Shown piece after piece: positions 1 through 10,812 of a stretch of 64,000 bases of DNA. Source of the stretch: Macrostomum lignano. Taxonomy: Eukaryota. Made by a program: the position numbers and the translations under genes. The stretch is from positions 248,001 through 312,000 of the forward strand of contig NIVC01000995.1 in NCBI GenBank assembly GCA_002269645.1, in the 5' to 3' direction. The notes under the pieces were generated by a model that saw only the letters and a list, made by a program, of their open reading frames with translations, had not been told where the DNA came from and made no database searches. Every line of letters begins with the position of its first letter. Within the stretch, counting starts at the first letter, position 1.

Positions 1-216
1 CAGCTCCGCTAAAGTTGCCGCCAGCTCACGGTGACTCTTCTGAGGAGTGACGCAAACAGCTTAATCAGTTGCTTGCTAACCGCAGGCAACACTGCTTAAC
101 TTGCGGCGAGCGAAAAACCATTGACCCGGTTGGGTGAGAAAATGTATCTGTCAAATCAGTTAAAAGCCGCAAATAAAAAACACATTTACTGCCCATATCT
201 GTAAATAATAAGGCAG

Positions 217-365
217 TCACAGAGAAACGCTGACTTCTGCAGCTCCCCCAGCTGTCAGCGAGTTGCTGACGTCAGCAATTTGATCCGGGCAGGTGCGCAA
301 TTGGCGAAGCTCTCCGCTTTGAACCTCAACTGCTCGGCGATGCTGCAGGAGCTGTCGCTGTCTGA

Positions 366-406
<41 letters not shown>

Positions 407-1566
407 GTTGTCGCTGAAACCGCCGGCCGATGGTGACGCCGCCGGCAGCGCAGCAGGCGCAGGAAGGCGCGCCGGAAGTCTCGCATCGAGTGAGCGTAGA
501 TCACTGGGTTTACGGCGCTGTTGCAGTAGCCCAGCCAGGTCACCACGGCCAGAAGAGATTTCTCATGCGGGCCGAGGCTCAGGCTGAGCGCCAGCAGCGA
601 GCTGCAGACGAAGAACGGCAGCCAGCAGGCGATGAAGACGCCCATCACAATGCCCAGAGTCTTGGCGGCGCGTCGTTCGCGGGAGAATCTGGCGAACTGC
701 TTGCGCCGGGTTGCCGAGCCGCCACCGCCGCCGCCGCGGTGATGTTCTACCGCTCCGGCATCGTCTGCAGCGTCGTCGGCGACCTCCTCAGCCAATCCGC
801 GACCGCCGCCGCCCCGGTGAATTCGAAGCACAACGGTTGCTTGCTCGCCGTGTCCGCGCAGGACTTTGGCGCCGTCGCGCCAGCTGCGGACCAGACGCGC
901 GGCGGTACGGTAGATTTTGCAATAGACAAACACCATGACTAACAGGGGCGCATAGAAAGACACCAGGGAGGAGCAGATGAGGTAGGCCGGGTCGCTGGTG
1001 AAGCTGCACACGCCGGGCAAGCGGCTGGTCGGGCTGGTGACTCGCCACCAAGCGATGGCGGGGAAGCTGATGAGGCTGGAGCAAAGCCACACGGCTGCGA
1101 TCATTGCCACGCAGCGGCGCTTGGTAACGCGGCTGGGATAGCGCATCGGGTTGCGCACGGCCCAGTAGCGCTCCAGCGCGATCATGCACAGGTTGAGGAT
1201 GCTGGCCGTAGAGCTCAGCACGTCGAATGCGTGCCAAAGATCGCACCAGGTCGGTCCGAACAGCCAGCGCTCGCGGGTGGCCTGGGCGATGGCCGCGAAT
1301 GGCATCACGACTGCGCCCATGAGCAGGTCGGCGGTTGCTAGGGAAACTATTAAGTAGTTAGTAACGGTCCTGAGACAGGGCTCGCTGAGCACTGCCAGCA
1401 TCACTAGGCCGTTGCCTAGCACTGTGCCGCAGGCTAGCAGTGCGAGCAGGCAGCCAATCAGGGCGTCCTCCGGCTGAACTTCTAGCAGTCCGTAAGCGGC
1501 GCTGCTGGCGTTTTCAACTCCGACGCTTGAGTTCATGGGAGCCTCCTGTATCGCTTGGCTCATCAT
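217..1566 (-). CDS. Dop1R2: Intronless class A GPCR, invertebrate D1-like dopamine receptor (Dop1R2/INDR type); first ATG at 1566, alternative ATG at 1536
   Basis: 7 TM segments. TM3 CDLWHAFDVLSSTASILNLC contains the amine-binding Asp. ERY motif; TM5 SSLVSF catechol serines; ERRAAKTLGIVMGVF..CWLPFF; TM7 WLGYCNSAVNPVIY. The track start at 1668 is a TTG, so I start at the first ATG. Subfamily is assigned from motif recall. Confidence 0.85.
367..405 (-). repeat. (CAG)13 coding trinucleotide repeat, polyQ in the receptor C-tail
   Basis: Pure ctg x13 on the + strand, in frame as Q13. Confidence 0.95.
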
Positions 1567-2230
1567 AACTTGAAGCTTTTCAGTTTTTGTATCGTCCTTG
1601 TAAGAATATTTTCTGGCCCAGAAGCGAGGCCCAAATGTTATAGTGACGGAGAAAGCGCTCTCAGCCAATCAGGATCTGCCTGCTGGGGGGATTTCTGTCC
1701 CATTGTGGCTTCAGCTTGTTCTTTGCTGCAGATTTTTGACGTTCCTTTTCTACCAAGTTGGGTTTGATTTTTTGGTAAATATTTTGTTAATTCTGGGAAT
1801 CAGAAATGTTCAGGGAATGGGACGGACGCGGGGTTGTCTGTGTAGAAATTGCCATGTTTAGAATCTGGACAAATAAACAGGCACGAAATGCACTGTGGCC
1901 AGCGATAGACCAGAGCCAGAGGGGATAAATTGGAGGACAGTGACTGCAGGAATTTGTTTAAATGGTCCATCTTAAATCGTACCGCAACAAGTTACTAATC
2001 CATCTCACTAGAGCCCTTTGCCTCAAGCATCAATGAGCGATTGGATTAGAAAGCACATGGAAACTTGTTCGCTCCTTAATTGGGGATTAAGCTCAAGATG
2101 TTCTAAGAAAAAAATGATCTTCTCAGTCCAGTCGTTCATTTCTTCATTTCTCTTGTCTAGAAAAAAGGTAAAAAAGGTACGCTGAGTCTGTGGCAAAGTG
2201 CCACTGGACTGATCAGAGGTTGCTTGGGGG

Positions 2231-4317
2231 TGTAGGGTTGCGTGGGCACGTTGATTAATTATTGCTTAAGTAGCTCGTATTTACACCTCAGTGATTGCTC
2301 GTCCTCGCGTGTACGTGTATCGTGTACTAACGTACGTCGTGCTTATTAAATATATATGCGCGGGCGCTAACTAGCAGCCGCTCAAGTTTTCTCGAAAGTT
2401 CTAACTTACTTAACCAGTGGAGTCCGTGTGAGTTATTACAGTGGCGACGAGGATGGGATCTTAATGGCTTCTAGATTCGACGTTTTTGACGTCGCCGTTG
2501 AATCCTGGCCTGAGTATCAGGAACGCCTTGAGCAGCATTTCATAGCCAACGACGTAGAAGATACACCAAGAAGCGAGCTCTACTGCTTAGCGTATGTGGC
2601 TGTGAGACATTCAAAGCAGCTAGGAACCTGTGCTCGCCAGACAAGCTCACAGACAAGTCCTATGCGCAGATCTGCGAGCTCCTAAAGAAACATTTCAACC
2701 CGAAGCAGTCAGAAATCGTGCAGCGCTTCATGTTCCACAACCGCGTTCGTCAGTCGAACGAGTCCGTGTCTGCGTACATAGCGGAGCTCAGGAAGCTGTC
2801 CGAGCACTGCAACTTCGGCACCGTGCTGGACGACATGCTGCGTGATCGCCTCGTCTGTGGCATAAACGACCAGCAGATTCAGCGCCAGCTTCTATCTCAG
2901 GCATCTCTGACGCTGCAGTCCGCCACGGACATTGCACTCACTAACGAGTCGGCCACGGGCTTCTGTAAGGTTCTCTGCGCGACTGGAGAGACGAATAGAC
3001 GGCCGGATGATGCTGTGCTGAAGCTGAAACAGTCTGATAGCGACCGGAAGCCGTGCAGCAGGTGCCTGTCATCTCGACACCTTCCTAGCCAATGTCCGTT
3101 TCTAAACAGGCGCTGCTTCAACTGCAACAAGACTGGGCACGCATCCAAGGCATGCAAGAAACCGCGTCAGCCGCGTCAGCCGCGTCAGCAGCAGCATCAG
3201 CAAACTCACCAGGTCGAGGAAGGAAGCGATCAGGAGTCGCCCGGAACCGCCTACTCCCTCTATCACATCGGCAATGCAAAGAAGCCAAGTAAAGTCCCGC
3301 CCTACACGACTCGTCTGCTGATCGACGGGAAGGACTGCGAGATGGAAATCGACACCGGCGCCTCCGTGTCACTGGTCTCCGAGCAGACGTACCGCCAGAA
3401 GCTTCTGAGCGAACCTCAGCTGGAATCAACCGACATCCGTCTCAACACGTATTCAGGCCAGGCCGTCGAGATTCTTGGCAGATTGATTGTCCATGTCAAA
3501 GTAGCGGCACAGGACAGTCACTTGCAGCTGCCACTGCTAGTTGTGGCGGGCAGCGGACCGAATCTCCTCGGCAGGGACTGGCTGCACAGCCTGCGCCGGG
3601 ACTGGCGGTCAGTTCAACGACTGTCCTCAACGGCTTCCGACATCGAACAAGTGCAGCGTGAGTTCCCCGAGGTGTTGAAGGAACTGGGGACATTCAACGG
3701 CGCCCCTCTATCCATTGCCATCAAGAAAGGAGCGCGTCCTTGGTTTTTCAAGGCCCGCTCCGTGCCCTTCGCACTGAAAGAGAAGGTGGAGCAACAGCTA
3801 CGCAAGGAGATCAGCCAGGGGATTCTGCAACCGGTAAAGTCGTCCAACTGGGCATCGCCGATCGTCCCTGTGATGAAGTCTGACGGCGGGCTCCGGGTGT
3901 GCGCCGACTTAAAGCAGACCGTGAACGCCGCTGTAGAACCGGACGGCTACCCACTGCCGAACATTGACGAGCTCTTCTCACGACTGTCAGGCGGGAAGAA
4001 GTACTTGAAGATTGATCTTAGCCAGGCGTTTCAACAGCTTCCGTTGGACGAGGCCGCACAAAAGTTGTGCACTATCAACACCTCACTGGGGCTGCTGCGC
4101 TACACATGACTGCCTTTTGGGGTTTCAACGGCTCCCAGCATGTTCCAGCGCGTCATGGACGGTCTATTCGTTGGCATCGAGCACTGCGCAGCCTTCATTG
4201 ACGACGTCATCGTTACTGGTCAAGACGAAGCGAGTCATTTAAGGAACCTGCGGAAAGTCCTGACTGTGTTTAAGGGACTCACTTGCAGCGCGAAGAAGTG
4301 CAGCTTTATCGGAAGCA
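2231..4317 (+). mobile_element. Decayed, 3'-truncated Ty3/Gypsy (Mag-type) LTR retrotransposon: 5' LTR ~2231-2440, PBS 2442-2459, gag-PR-RT pseudogene
   Basis: TG...CA segment ends TTACA at 2440 and is followed by TGGCGACGAGGATGGGAT. Gag starts MASRFDVFD, with a frameshift near 2566. CCHC knuckles; protease IDTGASVS; RT with a TGA at 4107-4109 and an FIDD motif. Similarity ends at ~4317 (KKCSF). No RNase H, integrase or 3' LTR in the window. The LTR left edge is inferred. Confidence 0.85.
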
Positions 4318-4634
4318 GCTGGGAGAAAATGAAGCAATCATCCGACACCAATGGACAACGAGAAAAAAATATGATAATAAATAACACAGCTCCATTTTGA
4401 CCTCTGAGTTCCCTTGGTGCAGCGGGTTCGACTTCCTGTGATTTTGGGGAGAATCCCGCTGCTGTCAAGCCCTGCATGTGCCAATGCAGTCGGTCGTTCG
4501 CGTCCCCAGAGAATTGAACAGCCAATCATCGGGGTGAAAACTTTGCTTATACCAGTTTCACTGCGTTCTATTCCGGCATAGCAGCTGCTTCAACCAAGAA
4601 ATTATGGGCCAAGATCGAGAGCTTGTTTGCATAA

Positions 4635-7600
4635 TGTTGTGTTCTAGTTGATTGATTAAATTCAATTCAGTTGGAGACACTTGAGTCTCGCTCAATATAT
4701 TTATACTCATGTGCACGTTGAAAACAGTGTTACGCAATCGAAACAACGATACCATGATTGAACGCACGATGCATATAAGGTAATTGAACAATTCTAGCCT
4801 CAAAGTTAGTTAGTTACAACACCTAGGCCTGATGCACAGTCACTACATTCTCCCCCCTTCCGGAAGAGGATAACGCGCCGGTTGCCGTCGAGCTCGAGTT
4901 GACCTTCGAAGCTCAGGTGGAGGTGGCGGCTCGCCCGTCCGTGGGGGCGGAGCCGGCGGCAGCGGCAAATCGAACCAGTCGTCCTCTTGGTCGGCCGCGC
5001 CGTTGTCAGCCGGTGGGCTGTTGCACTTAACCAGCCGACTCGCTTGCCACTTTGTACCGTCGGACAGCACGAAGGTGTTGCGCCCTGCTTTGGAGGCGAT
5101 CTTTAGCGGTTCCTTCAGTCGGGTCGCCAGCTTGTGCGCTCGGTGCGGCGTCTGTCGCCAGACCCAGTCTCCGGCCTGGAGCATAGAGTCACGAGCTCGC
5201 CTTCGCTTGTTGGTGTAGTCGGCATTCTTGGCTTGCCTCTGTGCGATACTGTCTCGCAGGTCGCTGTCGTCCCGCTGTTGCACTGGAGTTGGCCTGAGTA
5301 GCTGCAGTCCGGACCGCAGCTTGCGCCCGATCATCAGCTCGGCTGGAGTCAGCCCGGTGAGAGCGTGCTGGCTGGTCCTGTAGGTCTTGAGCACCAGGTC
5401 GATGGCGTCCTCGAACTTCGCTCCCGCCCTCAGGTTCGCTGCCAGGCCCTCCTTCAGACTCCGGTTGAATCGCTCGACTCCGCCGTTGCCTTGCGGGTAG
5501 TACCGGCTCACTCGGCTGTGCTTGATGCCCTCGGCTCGCAGGAACTCTTCGAACTCGTCGCTGACGAACTGGGGTCCGTTGTCGCTGATCAGCATCTTCG
5601 GGACTCCCCACCGGCCGAATAGCTTCCGAAGCGTCTTGATGATGTTGGCAGAGGTGACGGTTTCCATGGCTGCAATCTCCGGCCACTTGCTGTACAGGTC
5701 GTGGATCACCAGTAGAAACCGCTGGTGTCGAGGAGCCGCGGCGACCTCGCCGAAGATGTCGATCTCGACCTTGTCCCACGGTCCATCTGGCCACTCGATT
5801 GGTGTCACGATCGTCTGTTGAGGCTTGCCGGACTTCTCGGCCAGAGTGCAGGCCGTGCAGTTCTTGACGTAGTCCTCCACCTGCCGGTCAATTCCAGGAA
5901 ACCAGACCGTGTCGCGGCACCGCTGCTTTGACCGAACGACGCCCGGATGCCCTTCGTGGGCCTCCTCGATGACTTGAAGTCGCAGGCTCGTCGGGATGAT
6001 CGCGCGTTCACCACGACCGAGGCACTGACCGTTGTTCCAGCAGAACAGCTCGTCCCGGACGTTGAAGTACGGCTTTAGAGAGCTGTCCACCTTCGATGGC
6101 CAGCCGCCCGAGATGTACTGCAAAACCGCCTGCAGCACTTCGTCCTCCTTGGTCGCCGTTGCCAGTGCGTCTGCCGTCAGCGTTGTCTTCGAGTCGACGA
6201 CTGCGTAGACGTAGCCCTCCTCGTCGGTCTCCTCGGCTGGAACGCGCTCCGTCGTGGCCCATCTGGACAGCATGTCCGCGCACTTGTTGTCAGCGCCAGG
6301 GATGTGCTCAAACCGGACGTCGTAGCCGCGAAGTCTCTCGACCCATCGATGAATGCGAAGAGGCCTGTGCCCCATGCCTTTCGAGTCGAGCAGAGTTGTC
6401 AGGGCCTTGTGGTCGGTGCGCAGCGTTACTCGTCTGCCGTATAGATAGTAGTGCCAGCGTTCGATGCTCCATACACAGGCCAGGGCTTCTCGCTCTCCGG
6501 CTGAGTATCGCTTTTCCGCTGGGCTGAGTGCTCTCGATGCGAACGCGATTGGCACCTCTTTTTCGTTTTGTACTTGGCTGAGCACTGCCCCCAGTCCGTC
6601 TAGACTTGCATCGCAGGTGACGTACGTCTCAGCTTGGCAGTCAAAATGAGCTAACACTGGGCTGCTGGTTACGGCTGACTTGAGTGTACGGAAGGCTGTA
6701 CGTTCCCGCTCACCCCAGTGCCAGTCCGCGTCCTTTTTGAGCAGTTGTCTCAGAGGCTCGGCAATTGCTGAGTAATGCGGTATGAACTTGTGCAAAAAGT
6801 TCACTGCTCCGAGAAACGATTGAATTTGCGCGACCGTTGATGGCTCAGGAATTCTTAGAATTGCGTCGACGTTGCACTTGGTCGGTTTGATGCCGTCTGC
6901 AGAGATGACCAATCCGAAGAAATCCACGCTCGCCTGCCGGAATTTGCACTTCTCTCGATTGAGTGTGAAGCCTTCGCGATGAATCCGCCCTAGGACTTCT
7001 CGGAGGTTCTTGTCGTGCTCAGTCTCGTCCTTGCCGTGCACCAGGATGTCGTCCACGATGTTGATGGCGCCAGGAGCTCCTCGAAGCACCGTCTGCAGGG
7101 CTCGCTGGAAGGCAGCTCCGGAGCTAGATAGCCCGAATGGCACCACGGTGAACTGGTACAGGCCGGCATCGGTGATGAAGCACGTCAGTCCTCGAGAGTC
7201 TGGATGCAGCGGAATCTGCTGGTAGCCTTGACGCAGGTCCAGCTTGCTGAAGCACTTCGAGCCGTTGATGCTGGCCGATAGGTCCTCGATTGACGGTACC
7301 GGATAGCGGTCCGCGATCACCGCCTTGTTGACCTGCCGCAGATCCACGCAGAGACGAACCTTGTTGGACTCCTTCTTGCGCGTCACGACAACGTTGCTAA
7401 CCCACTCGGACGCGTCGACCTTCTCAATGATGCCCTGTTGCTCCATCCGGCTGATCTCTGACGTCACTTCGTCCTTCAGGCCGATCGGCAGCTTCCGCAT
7501 TGGCTGAGACACTGGCTTGACCGAGGCGTCGATCTTTGTCCGGTGAATGAAGCTCTTGGACCGGCCCAGACCGTCGAAGATTCCGGGGAAGTCGCGCTCG

Positions 7601-8959
7601 ATCGTAGTCTCGCTGATGCTCATCACTCTGTTGTCACCTTGGAAGATTTTGAATCCGAGGGCCTGAAACAGGTCGCGGCCCAGGATGTTCGCTCCTTTGT
7701 CGGCGACGTAGAATGTGGCTTCTGTCCTGATGCCGTTGAACGTCACTGGAAGCTCGACCTTGCCGATGGTCTTGATCGCAGATCCGCCGTATGCCTCCAG
7801 TTTTGTGCTCGTCGGAAGCAGCGGGTGCCTAGCGAAGGACTTCTTGAACGTCTCCATGTTGAGCAACGAAACGGCAGCACCGCAGTCGATTTGCAGTCGA
7901 ATCAGCTGTCCGCCCAGACGGCATTCGCAGAATAAGCTGTCTGTGCTCTTGTTGTTCACGGCCAGGACCGTCAGACTGGACTCTGCAGGCTCTTTGGTGT
8001 CGATCGCAGAGACCGCTTTCATGCGGCACATTTTCGCGAAATGGTTCGTCTTGCCGCATCGTCTGCATTTCTGGCCCATCGCCTTGCATTCGCCCTTGTG
8101 TCCGTGGTTGCCTCCGCATCGAGTGCACTTTGGACCTGCTGCTGCGGTCTTCTCATGGCGAGCAGCTGGCTTCGGCTTCTTGCTCAGCGCCTTCACGTGG
8201 AGCTCTGGGCCGCTGACCTGCTTGGCATCTCTGATGGCTGCTTCGATTCGCTCAGCCTTCTTGATGGCGTCATCTAGCGTCAGATCGTCCTCCTCCATCA
8301 GGAGTCTTTCCCTAATGCGAGGTACGCAGGTTTTCTCCACAAGTTGGTCTCGAATTATTTCGTCGTGAAAGGTGCCAAATTTGCAGTTTGTTGCCAGTTC
8401 TCTCAGGGCCATCACGTAGTCTCCGATGCTCTCGCCGTCGTGCTGGGCTCGCTGCCGAAAGGCGAAGCGCTCTGCTATGACGCTTCTCGACGAGCTGAAA
8501 ATCGCCTTCAGTGCCGTTTTGGTCTCCTGAAGCGACTTGCTTGCATCGACGTTTGCAGCTCGGCGGCGTCCTTCCTCACCAAGCAGATGCAGGAGGATCG
8601 CCTTTTTCCGACTCTCTGATGCCTCTTCGAGAGCTCCAGCTACCAGGAAGTTCTCAAATGACTTGATCCACCTTGCCCATGGCACAGGAGGTTCGCCTGG
8701 TACTGGTTGAAACTCCGCTGGGTACGGGAGTCCGCTCGTCGCCATTTGTTGTGTTCTAGTTGATTGATTAAATTCAATTCAGTTGGAGACACTTGAGTCT
8801 CGCTCAATATATTTATACTCATGTGCACGTTGAAAACAGTGTTACGCAATCGAAACAACGATACCATGATTGAACGCACGATGCATATAAGGTAATTGAA
8901 CAATTCTAGCCTCAAAGTTAGTTAGTTACAACACCTAGGCCTGATGCACAGTCACTACA
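4635..8959 (-). mobile_element. Intact Ty3/Gypsy (Mag-type) LTR retrotransposon, 4325 bp
   Basis: Identical 213-bp LTRs (4635-4847 and 8747-8959) with TG...CA ends. 5-bp TSD CATAA (4630-4634 and 8960-8964). PBS TGGCGACGAG (8744-8735). PPT GGAAGGGGGGAGAA (4861-4848). Confidence 0.97.
4843..8745 (-). CDS. Gag-Pol polyprotein, 1300 aa (Gag with 2 Zn knuckles, protease, RT, RNase H, integrase)
   Basis: Uninterrupted ORF: CRRCGKTNHFAKMC knuckle; IDCGAAVS protease; LDLRQGYQQ and NIVDD RT motifs; TCDASLDGLGAVL RNase H; HEGH...CTAC Zn finger and D-D-E integrase (EID, SDNG, VERFN). Confidence 0.96.
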   Translation of the reverse strand: MATSGLPYPAEFQPVPGEPPVPWARWIKSFENFLVAGALEEASESRKKAILLHLLGEEGRRRAANVDASKSLQETKTALKAIFSSSRSVIAERFAFRQRAQHDGESIGDYVMALRELATNCKFGTFHDEIIRDQLVEKTCVPRIRERLLMEEDDLTLDDAIKKAERIEAAIRDAKQVSGPELHVKALSKKPKPAARHEKTAAAGPKCTRCGGNHGHKGECKAMGQKCRRCGKTNHFAKMCRMKAVSAIDTKEPAESSLTVLAVNNKSTDSLFCECRLGGQLIRLQIDCGAAVSLLNMETFKKSFARHPLLPTSTKLEAYGGSAIKTIGKVELPVTFNGIRTEATFYVADKGANILGRDLFQALGFKIFQGDNRVMSISETTIERDFPGIFDGLGRSKSFIHRTKIDASVKPVSQPMRKLPIGLKDEVTSEISRMEQQGIIEKVDASEWVSNVVVTRKKESNKVRLCVDLRQVNKAVIADRYPVPSIEDLSASINGSKCFSKLDLRQGYQQIPLHPDSRGLTCFITDAGLYQFTVVPFGLSSSGAAFQRALQTVLRGAPGAINIVDDILVHGKDETEHDKNLREVLGRIHREGFTLNREKCKFRQASVDFFGLVISADGIKPTKCNVDAILRIPEPSTVAQIQSFLGAVNFLHKFIPHYSAIAEPLRQLLKKDADWHWGERERTAFRTLKSAVTSSPVLAHFDCQAETYVTCDASLDGLGAVLSQVQNEKEVPIAFASRALSPAEKRYSAGEREALACVWSIERWHYYLYGRRVTLRTDHKALTTLLDSKGMGHRPLRIHRWVERLRGYDVRFEHIPGADNKCADMLSRWATTERVPAEETDEEGYVYAVVDSKTTLTADALATATKEDEVLQAVLQYISGGWPSKVDSSLKPYFNVRDELFCWNNGQCLGRGERAIIPTSLRLQVIEEAHEGHPGVVRSKQRCRDTVWFPGIDRQVEDYVKNCTACTLAEKSGKPQQTIVTPIEWPDGPWDKVEIDIFGEVAAAPRHQRFLLVIHDLYSKWPEIAAMETVTSANIIKTLRKLFGRWGVPKMLISDNGPQFVSDEFEEFLRAEGIKHSRVSRYYPQGNGGVERFNRSLKEGLAANLRAGAKFEDAIDLVLKTYRTSQHALTGLTPAELMIGRKLRSGLQLLRPTPVQQRDDSDLRDSIAQRQAKNADYTNKRRRARDSMLQAGDWVWRQTPHRAHKLATRLKEPLKIASKAGRNTFVLSDGTKWQASRLVKCNSPPADNGAADQEDDWFDLPLPPAPPPRTGEPPPPPELRRSTRARRQPARYPLPEGGRM

Positions 8960-10674
8960 CATAAATTAATAAATGCTGGATGAGTTCTAAAACTCGGCTT
9001 GACCGCCATGAACTTAAGCTGCATTACGAGGTAGAGAATCTGTGAAATTGATTGCGTGTGAAAGAAACAGAAGTCTTTATACAAAAAGTTTAGAGTAAAA
9101 GTTGATAGAGAGTCGGATAACGCTTGTTTAATTTATCCACTATAAGTGGGTGCACAGCTAGATAAAAAGTACCTTAATAGTGACTTAGTGTCGTATTGCA
9201 GACTTTTCACTAAACGCTTTTTTCTTTGTTTCAAGGATTTGATCATCCTTGGATATTATTTTTAGACCATCACTTTCTTGATGCCAGTTTCTCATCAATT
9301 TATTAATACGCTGCGCGCTTATAATGGGGCCAAAGTAAACTATGCGTACAATAAAAGAATCGCTATAGATACAAGTTAAATGCCAAGCGCGAGAAAAGAC
9401 ACACCGGATATGAGATCTTTATGGGTTTAGGACAGGAAATGAAACAACTTGTTTGAGCGAGCAGCTTGCATGCCCACACGCTACTGTAGAGAAGTTGTGT
9501 AGCATATGGCTTTGTCAGAAAAAACTTGTCCAAATTCGTGTCCGCACCCATTTTTGTCATTACTATTAGCAGTGGAAATGCTCTCAGATATATGCTCGTC
9601 GAATTGGCTGTCGTCGCGTCGAGTCTCTTAATCACGGACGTCTTCGCCCGCTTGCGTCGATGACTAAAACTTGACTCAGGATCAAAGAGAGGGTGCAAAT
9701 ACATGAGTGCTTTTGTTTTCCAACCGAAAAAATGGTGCAATATTGTAGAAAGCATTTTTTTATTCCGTAAGTACAAGTTGTAAATTTTCACTAGTGGCAT
9801 TAGCTTAACTTTTTGTTTTGTTCTTTTTTGAATCAAGTTTCGGCACCTGCTGCCCCCCCCACTAATTTTTGCGTACCATCCCTTCATCCCCTGTGATTCC
9901 TGTACCCCCGTGATGACTCCTTGAATTGGGATGAGTCATCATGATGACTCATGGTTATCGCCCACCCCACCCCTCGCGCACCAACTCCAACTCCTTTCTA
10001 TATTGTTCGAAATCATTCATGCGTGAGACAGTTTTATGACCCCCCTATTTCCCCAAGCTTTTTCCTGCCTGTTGCGTAATCCCCATCATAATGATGAGGA
10101 CGCATCTTTTTGCAATCTTAAAACCGCACATTTCGCTTCGATGCGCTTTTCCCCTACTGTCAGTAGGCTAGCTTAGGAATCTCTCTCCATTCTCTCATCC
10201 AGGCTAAGTTCTACACTAATTTATGCCATCACTATTAATTATGATAAATACTCAATGTACTTCTCTTAGGATTCTAATTTTGGATTGTTTACGCATCTTT
10301 GAAGGTCAGACTGTCTGGGTTTGAGACGGATTGACCTCTAGCAGTCTAGACGGGCGACACTAAGTCTGGGAGGAATGGTTTCAACCCCATTCTGACCCCC
10401 AGATTTGTGGCTTTTTCACTGTTTTCAGTGATTTATGGCGGTCTAGCTGTCACTTTTGGCTCCAGCCTGTCTGGGTCAAAGAGGTCTTTCCAGCTTCCTC
10501 CCCACTCGCTCTGTTGCTTTCTCTTTTAATTTATGGGTGTTTTGCTGTCACTTTTGTCGCCATGATGTCTAGACAAGTGACTTTTATTATGTTTTGCGCA
10601 TGATTTATGACCGCACCTGTCATCTTCCCTGGGGTCTGAAGGCCACCTGGTGGGGTGGGTTTTGGGGTCTTGAG

Positions 10675-10812
10675 CTCAGCCAATCAGAGTCGACCTGACT
10701 GCCCCGGCTCGACCAATCAGAAAATTCGGCGCCTATTTTAACAAAAGCTCTCAGCCAATCAGAAAATTCGGCGCGTGTTATAACAAATCGGCCGCATGAG
10801 AGCTATAAAAGG
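10675..10812 (+). promoter_or_regulatory. Promoter-like module: three CCAAT boxes plus TATA
   Basis: CCAATCAG at 10680, 10713 and 10755; TATAAAA at 10804. Activity is not demonstrated. Confidence 0.45.

Noticed and set aside
430-942. Antisense ORFs over GC-rich genes and retroelements (also 5003-8619 and 25541-26745)
   Set aside because: Shadow ORFs expected from GC-rich codon usage.
217-1668. ORF-track start at 1668 for the dopamine receptor
   Set aside because: It is a TTG codon; the first in-frame ATGs are at 1566, 1563 and 1536.
9363-9887. 174-aa minus-strand ORF
   Set aside because: AT-rich, no recognisable motif or splice context; possibly decayed TE sequence but unsupported.
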